A DNA stretch of 27,512 nucleotides. Origin: a bacterium. GTDB lineage: Bacteria > UBA10199 > 2-02-FULL-44-16 > DYJF01. Numbering within the stretch: position 1 is the stretch's first letter; every line of letters starts with the position of its first letter. Below are positions 7,756 to 15,990 of this stretch, in pieces. The stretch spans positions 1 to 27,512 of the forward strand of contig JBGSNL010000051.1 of assembly GCA_041739675.1 (NCBI GenBank), read 5' to 3'. The notes under the pieces are model-generated. The model saw only the letters and a list, made by a program, of their open reading frames with translations. It did not search any database and had not been told where the DNA came from. The position numbers were made by a program, and so were the translations under genes.

Positions 7756-9183
7756 TTACTTGCACTGAAGTTGGGGATGGGCCCCGAACTGGGCAAAGCA
7801 GTTCGTGGTCTCTCCGCTTTTTGCGTCAACCTTGGCTGAGAGCCACCGGTTTTCAGGCTCGTAAAAAATCTTCACAAGCTGCGGCCCGGGTTTTACCTTG
7901 AGGTTTCTGACGGGCGTTTCCTTGTTTGAGGTGTAACCCGGAATCGTCACGTAGCCCCACGGGCGCGCGTTGACGTTGATCATTGCGGGTGATGCAGCTT
8001 GAGTATCCGCTTTCACTTCGACCGGCCGAACTTCGGGTGTTTCAATCTTCGTTTCAGTTTTCGCGGAGGCATTGAGTGTATTCAAAGCTGGTCCCCAGGG
8101 CAGAATAATGCATCCCGCAAGCGCTGCTACCGTGGCACCTCTCAAGGCGACGTTCAGATTTTTCAGACGGAGGCTGACACTTGTGAATTTTCCGAACGGC
8201 CTTGTCGCCGGGCGCGCCGCCGTTATATTTTTTTCATATTCGACTTCTTCTTCGTGGCGCTGGGCCTCGTTGGGAAACGTGGTCTGGAGGAACTGCGCGA
8301 ATTCGAACGAGCTTGTGGAGAGCCCCTTTTTCAATGTGAATTGATTCAGCGCCTCGAGAAATTCTCCGGCGGTCTGATATCTTTCGCCGCGTTCGCGGCA
8401 AAGGGTCTTGAGTAAAATCTTTCTCAGTTGAGGATCGAAGATTGAAATGGGCTCCGATGGAACAAGGGAGTGTTTCACAAGCTCGATCACTTCAAGATCG
8501 TTCGGCGCATCGAAGAGTTTCTTGAGTGTTAAGAGCTCATAGAGGAGAATGCCCGCCGCATATATATCCGTACGCCGGTCCACCACCTGTCCTGAGGCCT
8601 GCTCCGGCGACATGTAGGAATATTTTCCCTTCACCTGCGCGACTTGTGTTTCGTAGGTGCGGTGTTCCCCCTTCGCAATTCCGAAGTCCGCCACCTTCAC
8701 TTCGCCGTTCCATGAGAGAAGGACATTAGGAGGGGAGACGTCGCGATGAACGATGTGAAGGAGTTTTCCATCCTCTCCGACTTGTCTGTGGGCGAAATCG
8801 AGCGCTTCGAGAATCTGGCATATGATGTAGAGGCAATATTTGAGAGGAAGCGCGATCTCGTCGCGGATAAGGCGATTCAAAAGTGCGCCCAGATCCAAAC
8901 CTTCGATCAGCTCCATCGATATGAAAAAGCTCTCCTCCTCCTTGCCGAGTTCCAAAACCTGGACGATGTTTTTGTGCTGGAGATGAACGAGGGCTTTCGC
9001 CTCGTCGATTAACATCGTGATGAAATCTTTATCCGCAGACCATGCGGGGAGGAGCCTCTTGATCGCGACCTTTCTTTCAAACCCCCCTTCGCCGACATAT
9101 TTTGCGCGGTAGATCTCGGCCATCCCGCCGGTGGCGAGCTTTTTCGTCAGGACATATCTGCCAAAACTGTGTGGGAGGCGCAT
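7756..9183 (-). CDS. Hanks-type Ser/Thr protein kinase with a TM helix and a PEGA-like C-terminal domain
   Basis: LATGGMAEIY, VAIKR, IVHRDVSPPN, KVADFGIAK, KGKYSYMSPEQ, RRTDIY, a hydrophobic segment, then INVNARPWGYV. Start ATG 9183 lies behind GAGAGG. Confidence 0.9.
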   Translation of the reverse strand: MRLPHSFGRYVLTKKLATGGMAEIYRAKYVGEGGFERKVAIKRLLPAWSADKDFITMLIDEAKALVHLQHKNIVQVLELGKEEESFFISMELIEGLDLGALLNRLIRDEIALPLKYCLYIICQILEALDFAHRQVGEDGKLLHIVHRDVSPPNVLLSWNGEVKVADFGIAKGEHRTYETQVAQVKGKYSYMSPEQASGQVVDRRTDIYAAGILLYELLTLKKLFDAPNDLEVIELVKHSLVPSEPISIFDPQLRKILLKTLCRERGERYQTAGEFLEALNQFTLKKGLSTSSFEFAQFLQTTFPNEAQRHEEEVEYEKNITAARPATRPFGKFTSVSLRLKNLNVALRGATVAALAGCIILPWGPALNTLNASAKTETKIETPEVRPVEVKADTQAASPAMINVNARPWGYVTIPGYTSNKETPVRNLKVKPGPQLVKIFYEPENRWLSAKVDAKSGETTNCFAQFGAHPQLQCK

Positions 9184-9341
9184 CGGCGCCCTCTCTATCA
9201 GGACACCTCTGATTTTCAAAGGAAATTTGACCGTAAACCGCGGAAAGCCGGAATAAGAGGGGATAGGTGGGGTGGCGCAATAAAGTGGTTGTAAGGGCGA
9301 TTATAAGCGTATTAGTGGGGTTTTTTTAATGATTCAGTGAG

Positions 9342-9370
9342 GCAACTTTGGGGGTGGGCGCAGCCGATAA
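9342..9370 (+). promoter_or_regulatory. Possible sigma28(FliA)-type promoter
   Basis: Perfect GCCGATAA at 9363-9370, 35 nt before ATG 9406. The upstream GCAACTTT has a 13-nt spacer (canonical 11), so the -35 box is uncertain. Confidence 0.4.
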
Positions 9371-9405
9371 TATTATTGAAGAAGGACATACCAAGGGAGC
9401 TTCAT

Positions 9406-9900
9406 ATGACGACATCGGGATCTGTAGGTCTTGGCAGGGGGCCGGACGCCGCGCAGCAGGAGACCCAATACACGATCAATCCTCAGGGAACATCAGATAA
9501 AAATAAGGCGCAGCTCGATCGCGGTTTTTATCAGACGATCCTTGCTTGGGTGAAGGGAATAGCCGCCAATCCGGGCGGGACGAATGCTTATGAGCAGTCT
9601 CAGTCCGCGGCTCTTGCAAACTTCAGCCAGCCGATATTGGCCGCACCGCAGAACTACGGACAACCCGCGACATACTTGAATCAGCCCGAGCAAACACGGC
9701 AGCCGCAGCAACCGCAACAGCTGCCACCGCAGCAACCGGAACAAGCCCCAGCGTTGGCAGAGCCTCAAACTCAGCCGGGTTCGTCAAGAGCTGATGTGGA
9801 CATGAGTTTATATCCGGACACACTGCCTCCGGACGCGACTGTCACACCTGACACTCTGCCTGATGAGACCCTCACGCAACCTGGCACAGCATCTGTCTGA
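9406..9900 (+). CDS. Hypothetical Gln/Pro-rich low-complexity protein
   Basis: AAGGGAG before ATG 9406; fills the gap between two minus-strand genes; QPQQPQQLPPQQP tract and two PDTLP motifs; no signal peptide. Confidence 0.7.
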   Translation: MTTSGSVGLGRGPDAAQQETQYTINPQGTSDKNKAQLDRGFYQTILAWVKGIAANPGGTNAYEQSQSAALANFSQPILAAPQNYGQPATYLNQPEQTRQPQQPQQLPPQQPEQAPALAEPQTQPGSSRADVDMSLYPDTLPPDATVTPDTLPDETLTQPGTASV

Positions 9901-9915
9901 TGAAGTTGTATTTGA

Positions 9916-10290
9916 TTACGGTGCGGTGACCATCCTGGACATCTGGTCGAAGACAAATTCCATAAAACGTTTTTTGTCCGCATCATTTATATTGTGGATC
10001 ATCACTCCGGTCTCATAGCTCGTGGCTGAAATTTTCGACTGCCAGACGACCTCGCCGTCAGCTCTCAATGGATGCTCTTCATCTTCCGGAAGATAAATTT
10101 CAATTTCAAGCCTTGTACCGTGCTCGAGCGGCCCCGGGGTCATGAGGCGAAGGCCGCCCAGGCTCACGTCGCTTGAGACAACTTCCTGCGGCTTATCTTC
10201 GCCACTCATCTGATCAACAACCTTGTAGCTCACCGTCAGCGCAAGATCGAGTCTCGCAAATTTTCTTCGGTCGGCATATTTGTCATTCAT
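9916..10290 (-). CDS. Single-domain PilZ protein (c-di-GMP receptor)
   Basis: RRKFAR (RxxxR) and DVSLGG (DxSxxG) motifs, GEVVW. Start placed at ATG 10290 (MNDKYADRR). Confidence 0.88.
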   Translation of the reverse strand: MNDKYADRRKFARLDLALTVSYKVVDQMSGEDKPQEVVSSDVSLGGLRLMTPGPLEHGTRLEIEIYLPEDEEHPLRADGEVVWQSKISATSYETGVMIHNINDADKKRFMEFVFDQMSRMVTAP

Positions 10291-10333
10291 TGCTACTGCT
10301 AATACTTTGTCTCCGTACGAAAAGCAAGCAAAG

Positions 10334-10499
10334 CAAAACTCTGAGGCTTTCGGGGCTGTGGGGTTATGGGTACGGCGTCGTTTTTTGGTTAAGGCCCAAA
10401 AACGCACCTCGTCTCTCGGCGATTGCGGCATCATAACCATGGATGCAATCGCCTCAGAGACGCCCCATAACCCCACAGCCCCTGTGCCTCTGAGTTTTG
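10334..10499. repeat. Palindromic element A (166 bp, branched fold-back)
   Basis: CAAAACTC/GAGTTTTG (8 bp), GAGGC/GCCTC (5 bp) and a perfect 19-bp stem 10352-10370/10464-10482, enclosing two internal hairpins (TTTTTGG/CCAAAAA; GTCTCT-GGCGATTGC/GCAATCGCC-AGAGAC). Confidence 0.9.
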
Positions 10500-10519
10500 A
10501 CACGGGTTTCTCGTTCTCG

Positions 10520-10736
10520 TAAGTTATAGGGTTTCCCTCGTGTGAGGACATGCCCGAGAGACGAGACGCCAATCGCCATGCTGGCTGATATCTCATCGCC
10601 GGCTCGCCAATTGACAATACGGAGATGATGCAACTTCTGGATGGGCGCCCGGAAGGTAGGCGATTAACCGCCAGCATGAGCATTGGCGGCGAAGGCGAAG
10701 GGCCAAGTCCTCACACGAGGGAAACCCTATAACTTA
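10520..10736. repeat. Palindromic element B (217 bp, perfect 30-bp terminal inverted repeat; MITE-like or structured RNA)
   Basis: TAAGTTATAGGGTTTCCCTCGTGTGAGGAC (10520-10549) is the exact reverse complement of 10707-10736. Nested stems CGCCAAT/ATTGGCG, CATGCTGGC/GCCAGCATG and ATCGCC/GGCGAT. Confidence 0.9.
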
Positions 10737-10816
10737 TTGGAGATGAATAAAATGTTATCAAGGTCGTGGATTTTGTGCTGTTGCGTTGGCTCGACATTTG
10801 GAATAAACAATGGCGA

Positions 10817-11551
10817 ATGTTGGAAAATGTCTCGATAATATTGGTTGAGCCCAGCGGTGATGAGAATGTTGGTATGGCCGCGCGGGCGATGAAGAATTCA
10901 GGGATCACGGATCTCAGGCTTGTGAATCCTGCGCCTTTCAGGACTCGCGGTGCTAAAAAGTGGGCGCTGACCGCCGGCGATATCCTTCATCGGGCAAAAG
11001 TATTCTCAAGTCTTGAAAAGGCCAGCTCGGATGCGACTTTCGTCGTCGGGCTCTCAAGGCGGGAGGGTAAGCTCCGTCCGCCCTCCATTTCCAATGAAAA
11101 GGCCGCATCTATTATATATGCGAGGACGAAAAAGGGGCGCGTCGCCCTTGTTTTCGGGCGCGAGGCCGACGGCCTCGATAGATCGGAGCTTGACCTTTGC
11201 GATATGGTGTGGACGATTCCCACATCGAAGCTATATCCGTCTTTGAATCTGGCTCAGGCGGTGATGGTGGCGGGACATGAGATATATAAGAAATCTGAAG
11301 CTCGAAGCTCAAAGCTCAAAGCTGAAAGGGATGAGGACGTATTCGTATCAAAAAAGGAGATTGCGCCGGTCTTGAAAAGGATCTCGCATGCGCTTATAAG
11401 GCTTGGCTATGACGATGCGGACGGCGGGAAATTGCGCAAAAAGATAGTGGGAGAACTTGAGAAGCTTTTCGGCCGTGGCGGCCTTTTTCACAAGGATTTG
11501 AACATGTTTTTAGGCCTTTGTGCACAGATTGAAAAACGCGCAAACCAATAA
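10817..11551 (+). CDS. trmJ: tRNA/rRNA 2'-O-methyltransferase, TrmJ/LasT (SPOUT) family
   Basis: IILVEP...[35 protein letters not shown]. Start moved to ATG 10817. Confidence 0.85.
   Translation: MLENVSIILVEPSGDENVGMAARAMKNSGITDLRLVNPAPFRTRGAKKWALTAGDILHRAKVFSSLEKASSDATFVVGLSRREGKLRPPSISNEKAASIIYARTKKGRVALVFGREADGLDRSELDLCDMVWTIPTSKLYPSLNLAQAVMVAGHEIYKKSEARSSKLKAERDEDVFVSKKEIAPVLKRISHALIRLGYDDADGGKLRKKIVGELEKLFGRGGLFHKDLNMFLGLCAQIEKRANQ
11298..11325 (+). repeat. Heptamer tandem repeat inside trmJ
   Basis: AAGCTCG AAGCTCA AAGCTCA AAGCTGA, in the linker following the SPOUT domain. Confidence 0.75.
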
Positions 11552-11627
11552 AAGGTTGCAAATGAAGAGGAAATATCCTAGGAAAGCCCGATCCAATAAG
11601 GCTAAGACAGCAAAGAAAGGAGCAGTC

Positions 11628-12791
11628 ATGCTTAAAAACGGTTATTATTCATTCACGTCGGAATCGGTCACGGAAGGCCATCCCGACAAGGTCTGCGATC
11701 GCATCTCCGATTCGGTCCTGGACGAGATCCTGAAACAGGATACTTCAGCGCGCGTTGCCTGCGAAACGATGGCGGGTTCGGGCTTTATCCTTGTGACGGG
11801 CGAAATCACCACGAAGGCCTACGTCAACGTGAAAGACGTCGTCAGAAACGTCCTGAAAGACATCGGATACACGAAACCGGAATACGGTTTTGATTACAAG
11901 AGCGTCGGCATCCTGACTTCAATCAACGAACAGAGTGTCGATATCGCTTTGGGCGTCGATACGAAGAAGGGCGTGGAAGATTACGGCGCAGGCGATCAGG
12001 GCATGATGTCGGGATACGCCACTGCAGAAACGCCGGAGTACATGCCGGCCCCGATCCTTTACGCGCAGAAGATGGCGATGCGCCTGGCCGAAGTGAGAAA
12101 GAACGGGACGCTGAAGTATTTGCGCCCGGACGGCAAGACGCAGGTCACGGTCGAATATGAAAACGGAAAACCCAAGAGACTGAGCTGCGTTGTCGTCGCC
12201 GCACAGCATGACGAGAACGTCGATATCGAGCAGTTGAGACGCGATATCAGACGCGAAGTCGTCGAGCCGGTCTGCGGAAAACTTCTCGATTCCAACACCC
12301 AGTACTACATCAACAATACCGGCAGGTTCGTGATCGGCGGTCCCGTGGCCGATTCCGGATGCACGGGCAGGAAGATCATCGTTGACACGTACGGCGGAGT
12401 GGGCAACCACGGCGGCGGGGCGTTCTCAGGAAAAGACCCGACGAAGGTGGACAGGACAGCTGCTTACATGACGCGCTACCTTGCGAAGAATATCGTCGCG
12501 GCGGGCCTGGCCGACCGCTGCGAAATCCAGCTTTCATATGTGATCGGAAGCAGGGAGCCGCTCTCCATATTCATCAACACGCACCACACGGGCAAAGTCG
12601 ATCCGCAGGATATCGCAGTAGCGATCCGCGAGAGATTCTCTCTTTCCCCGGGACAGATGATAAAGCACCTGAACCTGGCGAGGCCCATCTTCTCCAAGAC
12701 TTCGGCCTACGGCCACTTTGGAAGGAACGACCCGGACTTCACGTGGGAAAAACTCGATTGCGTCGACTACTTCAAAAAACTTTTGAAGTAG
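11628..12791 (+). CDS. metK: S-adenosylmethionine synthetase
   Basis: [59 protein letters not shown] precedes ATG 11628. Confidence 0.97.
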   Translation: MLKNGYYSFTSESVTEGHPDKVCDRISDSVLDEILKQDTSARVACETMAGSGFILVTGEITTKAYVNVKDVVRNVLKDIGYTKPEYGFDYKSVGILTSINEQSVDIALGVDTKKGVEDYGAGDQGMMSGYATAETPEYMPAPILYAQKMAMRLAEVRKNGTLKYLRPDGKTQVTVEYENGKPKRLSCVVVAAQHDENVDIEQLRRDIRREVVEPVCGKLLDSNTQYYINNTGRFVIGGPVADSGCTGRKIIVDTYGGVGNHGGGAFSGKDPTKVDRTAAYMTRYLAKNIVAAGLADRCEIQLSYVIGSREPLSIFINTHHTGKVDPQDIAVAIRERFSLSPGQMIKHLNLARPIFSKTSAYGHFGRNDPDFTWEKLDCVDYFKKLLK

Positions 12792-12808
12792 CTCAATAAT
12801 TGAAAATG

Positions 12809-12842
12809 AAAAACCCGCCACTATTAAGTGGCGGGTTTTTTT
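12809..12842. terminator. Bidirectional intrinsic terminator between metK and the MFS gene
   Basis: AAAAACCCGCCACT-ATTA-AGTGGCGGGTTTTTTT: GC-rich stem with an A-tract and a T-tract on either side. Confidence 0.9.
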
Positions 12843-12855
12843 ATTGCCGCTCTTT

Positions 12856-14241
12856 TTAGCTCTCCGACGCCACCGGCTCCATGACCTTCACATGATGAGG
12901 TGCCTTCACTACCCTGACAAGGATGACGGAGATCACGCACATGATGGCAGAGATGATGAATGCGTTTATGAAATTTCCCGCTTCAAACGTTTTCGTGGCC
13001 ACAACACCCGCCTTGTCTACGGCCTCGTACGGAATCACCTTCACGACCGCCATGAGCTTGGGGGCGAGCCACGGCCCGAAGAGTCCGCCCGCGCCGTATG
13101 CCGTAAACATCCAGCCGTAATTTGCGCCGACGTTTTTCGTTCCGAAATAATCTGCTGTGAGCGCCGGATAAAGGGCGAGGAAGCCGCCGAAGCAGAAACC
13201 CACTATGCCGATGCCGCTTATATACAAAGGATAGGATGTGAGCCAGTTGAGTATGAACATCGCCGCCGCGGCGATGACAAACATGAGCGTTAAAGTATTC
13301 TTGCGCCCCATGTTATCCGAAATCTTGCCCCAGGCGATGCGGCCGAATGCGTTGAGAATTGAAACCGCGATGACGGCGGTAGCGCCCAGTGAGAGGATCC
13401 TTGCGCAGACTTCTTTGGCTAGCGGCGCGTCAGTTGTGGACTGCGCGAGCATGGAGCATGACTGCCACACGTTCGTCGTGTTCATAATGACCATGAGCCC
13501 AGCGGTGCAGCCCGCAAAATACGTGAGCCACAAAAGCCAGAACTGGCCCGTTTTTAACATCTCCTGCCACGTGAAATCTTCCTTCATCCCGACGTTATTC
13601 GAAGCGCTGACGGGAGGGCTCCAGCCGGCCGGTTTCCCGCCTGCCTCGCCTTGCGGCATCGCATGGCGGGCAGGCCATCCGGCAGGGGGATTTTTCATGA
13701 GCTGCGCGCCGATTATGACAGCCACAAAAAATATCGCGCCCAGATACATGAAGGTGTTCATGATGCCCTGTGTCTCAATGAGCGATTTTGCAACCGGCGT
13801 GAAGACAAGGCCTCCCGCGCCGAATCCGGCGACGGCCAAACCCGTGATGAGGCCGCGCTTATCGGGGAACCATTTCACGCAAGTGGCGATAGGGCACACA
13901 TAAGCCGCGCCGATTCCGATTCCGCCGAGAACGGAAAACCCGATCACGAAAGTCGTGAGGCTCGTGGAATATTTTGCAAGGATGAGGCCCGCGCCCAGAA
14001 GGACGCCGCCGATCGTGGCGATAAGCCTTGGGCCGACTTTATCCTGTATGCGTCCCGCGAAGATCATGGAGAGCGCAAAGACCGCCAGCACAAGCTGCGA
14101 TGGAAGCGCCAGATCCGTTTGGCTCCAATTGGGGAACTGTTCCTTGAGCGCCGGCTTGAAAACGCTGTAGATGTAGATCGCGCCCAAGCTGACCTGGATG
14201 AGAAGTGCTCCCGCCACGACCAGCCACCTTTTCTTTTCCAT
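12856..14241 (-). CDS. MFS transporter, OFA/monocarboxylate (L-lactate transporter-like) family
   Basis: About 12 hydrophobic segments; AGRIQDKVGPR, KWFPDKRGLITGLAVAGFG, GRIAWGKISDNMGR, ADYFGTKNVGANYG; AGGAGG RBS. Confidence 0.88.
   Translation of the reverse strand: MEKKRWLVVAGALLIQVSLGAIYIYSVFKPALKEQFPNWSQTDLALPSQLVLAVFALSMIFAGRIQDKVGPRLIATIGGVLLGAGLILAKYSTSLTTFVIGFSVLGGIGIGAAYVCPIATCVKWFPDKRGLITGLAVAGFGAGGLVFTPVAKSLIETQGIMNTFMYLGAIFFVAVIIGAQLMKNPPAGWPARHAMPQGEAGGKPAGWSPPVSASNNVGMKEDFTWQEMLKTGQFWLLWLTYFAGCTAGLMVIMNTTNVWQSCSMLAQSTTDAPLAKEVCARILSLGATAVIAVSILNAFGRIAWGKISDNMGRKNTLTLMFVIAAAAMFILNWLTSYPLYISGIGIVGFCFGGFLALYPALTADYFGTKNVGANYGWMFTAYGAGGLFGPWLAPKLMAVVKVIPYEAVDKAGVVATKTFEAGNFINAFIISAIMCVISVILVRVVKAPHHVKVMEPVASES
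13636..13674 (-). repeat. 39-bp REP-like palindrome inserted in frame in the MFS gene
   Basis: CCTGCC-CGCC-A-TGCG-ATGC-CGCA-A-GGCG-A-GGCAGG-CGGG encodes PARHAMPQGEAGG and interrupts PPAGW|KPAGW. Confidence 0.75.
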
Positions 14242-14249
14242 CTCTCCTC

Positions 14250-15134
14250 CTATTTTGTTAATCGCTCGTAAGCCTCGCGATATTTTTCGGTTGTTTGTTC
14301 AACAATATTTGCAGGAAGCTCCGGTGCCGGAGGTTTTTTGTCCCATTTGAGGCTCAAGAGATAATCTCTCACGAATTGTTTGTCGAAAGAGGGCTGCGAC
14401 CTTCCGGGTTTGTAGCCGTCCATCGGCCAGAAGCGGGACGAGTCGGGAGTCAGAACCTCGTCGATCAAAATCAACTCGTCATTCAAGATTCCGAATTCGA
14501 ATTTCGTATCGGCGATTATAATTCCTCTTCCCATCGCGTAAGAAGCTGCATCATTATATATGGCGATGGAGGCGTCTTTCACTTTTCTTGCCATCTCGCT
14601 TCCGATGATCTTTTCCATTTTAGAAAACGGGATATTTTCATCGTGGCTACCCTGTTCGGCCTTTGTGGAGGGAGTGAATATCGGCTCGGAAAATTTTGAC
14701 GATTCTAGAAGACCCACTTGAACCTTTTCGCCGCAGACCGTTCCGCTCTTTTTGTACTCCTCCCACGCCGATCCGGAGATGTAGCCGCGCACAATCGCCT
14801 CGATGGGCAGAACCCTTGCCTTCTTTGCAATGGTCGTGCGTCCCTTCAAAATTTCAAGATCCTCGGCGATGGAAACCACATCCTCAAGACGCGTCTTTGA
14901 GAGCTGGTTTGGAATGAGCTTTCGCGTCTTCTCAAACCAGAAATGCGAAAGTTCGGTGAGGATTTTCCCTTTTTCGGGGATGGGGGTCGGCAAAACAACA
15001 TCAAAGCAGGAGATCCTGTCGGTCGCGACGATCAGAAGCTCGTTTCCCAGATCATAGATATCGCGGACCTTGCCGCGCCCCAGCAAAGTTAAACCTCTGA
15101 TGTTTGTCTTAACGACAGCGTTCGGCATAGCCAT
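14250..15134 (-). CDS. purC: Phosphoribosylaminoimidazolesuccinocarboxamide (SAICAR) synthase
   Basis: GKVRDIY, ATDRIS.FD, EAIVRGYISGS, FTPSTKA, IIADTKFEFG, DEVLTPDSSRFW, SFDKQFVRD. Confidence 0.96.
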   Translation of the reverse strand: MAMPNAVVKTNIRGLTLLGRGKVRDIYDLGNELLIVATDRISCFDVVLPTPIPEKGKILTELSHFWFEKTRKLIPNQLSKTRLEDVVSIAEDLEILKGRTTIAKKARVLPIEAIVRGYISGSAWEEYKKSGTVCGEKVQVGLLESSKFSEPIFTPSTKAEQGSHDENIPFSKMEKIIGSEMARKVKDASIAIYNDAASYAMGRGIIIADTKFEFGILNDELILIDEVLTPDSSRFWPMDGYKPGRSQPSFDKQFVRDYLLSLKWDKKPPAPELPANIVEQTTEKYREAYERLTK

Positions 15135-15190
15135 TCCTTATGTTGTCTTGATGAGGCGGGTGAACCCAAGAGACGCTGCTTTGCTTCATT

Positions 15191-15550
15191 TTATTTCGTG
15201 GTCTCTTTGGTTGTTTCTTTTTTTGTATCTTTGGTCGTCTCTTTTGTTGTCACCTTTTTGTGCTTTTTCGCCTGCTTCTTTGAAGATGCTTTGCTCGACG
15301 AATCGACGAATTGCCACTCGCCCTGCTTAAATTCAGGGCTCGTGTTGTGGTATTCGCCGTTGTAGTAGCCGCCCTTGCTTTTTTCTTCGACCTGCTTCGC
15401 CCGTTTGTGATGGTAGTCCTTTTGGGACTCGCTGTAGCCGCCGGTTTCATCCTTTTCGATCTTGCCGGTGCGTTCCAGCTTGTTGATGGCGAACGAAGAG
15501 AAAGGTGCAGCGAACGCCAAAACGATGAGAGATATGATTAGTTTTTTCAT
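15191..15550 (-). CDS. Secreted hypothetical protein with a Lys/Thr-rich repetitive tail
   Basis: Sec signal MKKLIISLIVLAFAAPFSSFA; C-terminal KETTK/KDTKK repeats. Confidence 0.75.
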   Translation of the reverse strand: MKKLIISLIVLAFAAPFSSFAINKLERTGKIEKDETGGYSESQKDYHHKRAKQVEEKSKGGYYNGEYHNTSPEFKQGEWQFVDSSSKASSKKQAKKHKKVTTKETTKDTKKETTKETTK

Positions 15551-15582
15551 GGGCTATTTATTAGCCCATCGGAGGATCAAAC

Positions 15583-15969
15583 TCAAGGGTAAACAGGAAT
15601 GCCCATTCCCATTCCCCAATACATGCCGGGATAAAAGCCCCATCCGCCGTAGTAGGGATATTTCGCGCCTATGGTTGCCGCCATCACCATGTTCGATGCA
15701 AAGCTGACGGCTGACGGGATTGTGGGGTAGACCTGCGGCGAGGAAACCGTCCGGTGCATGCTATTCATAAGCGCTGCCGTGTGATGATCCATGCCGCCTG
15801 AAGCGTATCCCACAAGGACCTGGCCCCTTCCATTGGGATATGGTTTCATGCAGGAGGCAAATTCTTCGAGGCGGTCCGCAGTCGTGGGGCAGGGTGGATT
15901 GGCAGATGCGGATGCGGCCGCGAAGAAAATCACCGAGGCAAGAAGACATGTAAATACGGTCAGTTTCAT
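15583..15969 (-). CDS. Secreted hypothetical protein with a Gly/Tyr/Trp/Met-rich C-terminus
   Basis: Signal peptide ending in ASA, one Cys pair. GGAG RBS favours ATG 15969 over 15981. Confidence 0.7.
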   Translation of the reverse strand: MKLTVFTCLLASVIFFAAASASANPPCPTTADRLEEFASCMKPYPNGRGQVLVGYASGGMDHHTAALMNSMHRTVSSPQVYPTIPSAVSFASNMVMAATIGAKYPYYGGWGFYPGMYWGMGMGIPVYP

Positions 15970-15990
15970 AATTTTCTCCATCCTATATTA

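Noticed and set aside
10291..10683. 130-aa N-terminal extension of the PilZ ORF in the ORF track
   Set aside because: It runs through the two palindromic elements and looks non-protein-like, and the PilZ motif begins right after Met 10290. The frame is open, so translation is not formally excluded.
10291..10760. c-di-GMP riboswitch, 6S RNA or hammerhead ribozyme upstream of pilZ
   Set aside because: I could not find the GEMM tetraloop/receptor pattern or a CUGANGA...GAAA core. A perfect 30-bp stem and this gene context are atypical of 6S RNA. An Rfam search is needed to be sure.
11552..11627. SAM riboswitch upstream of metK
   Set aside because: The spacer is only 76 bp, partly taken up by a possible TTGCAA-N17-TAGGAA promoter, and no SAM-I/II/III consensus is visible.
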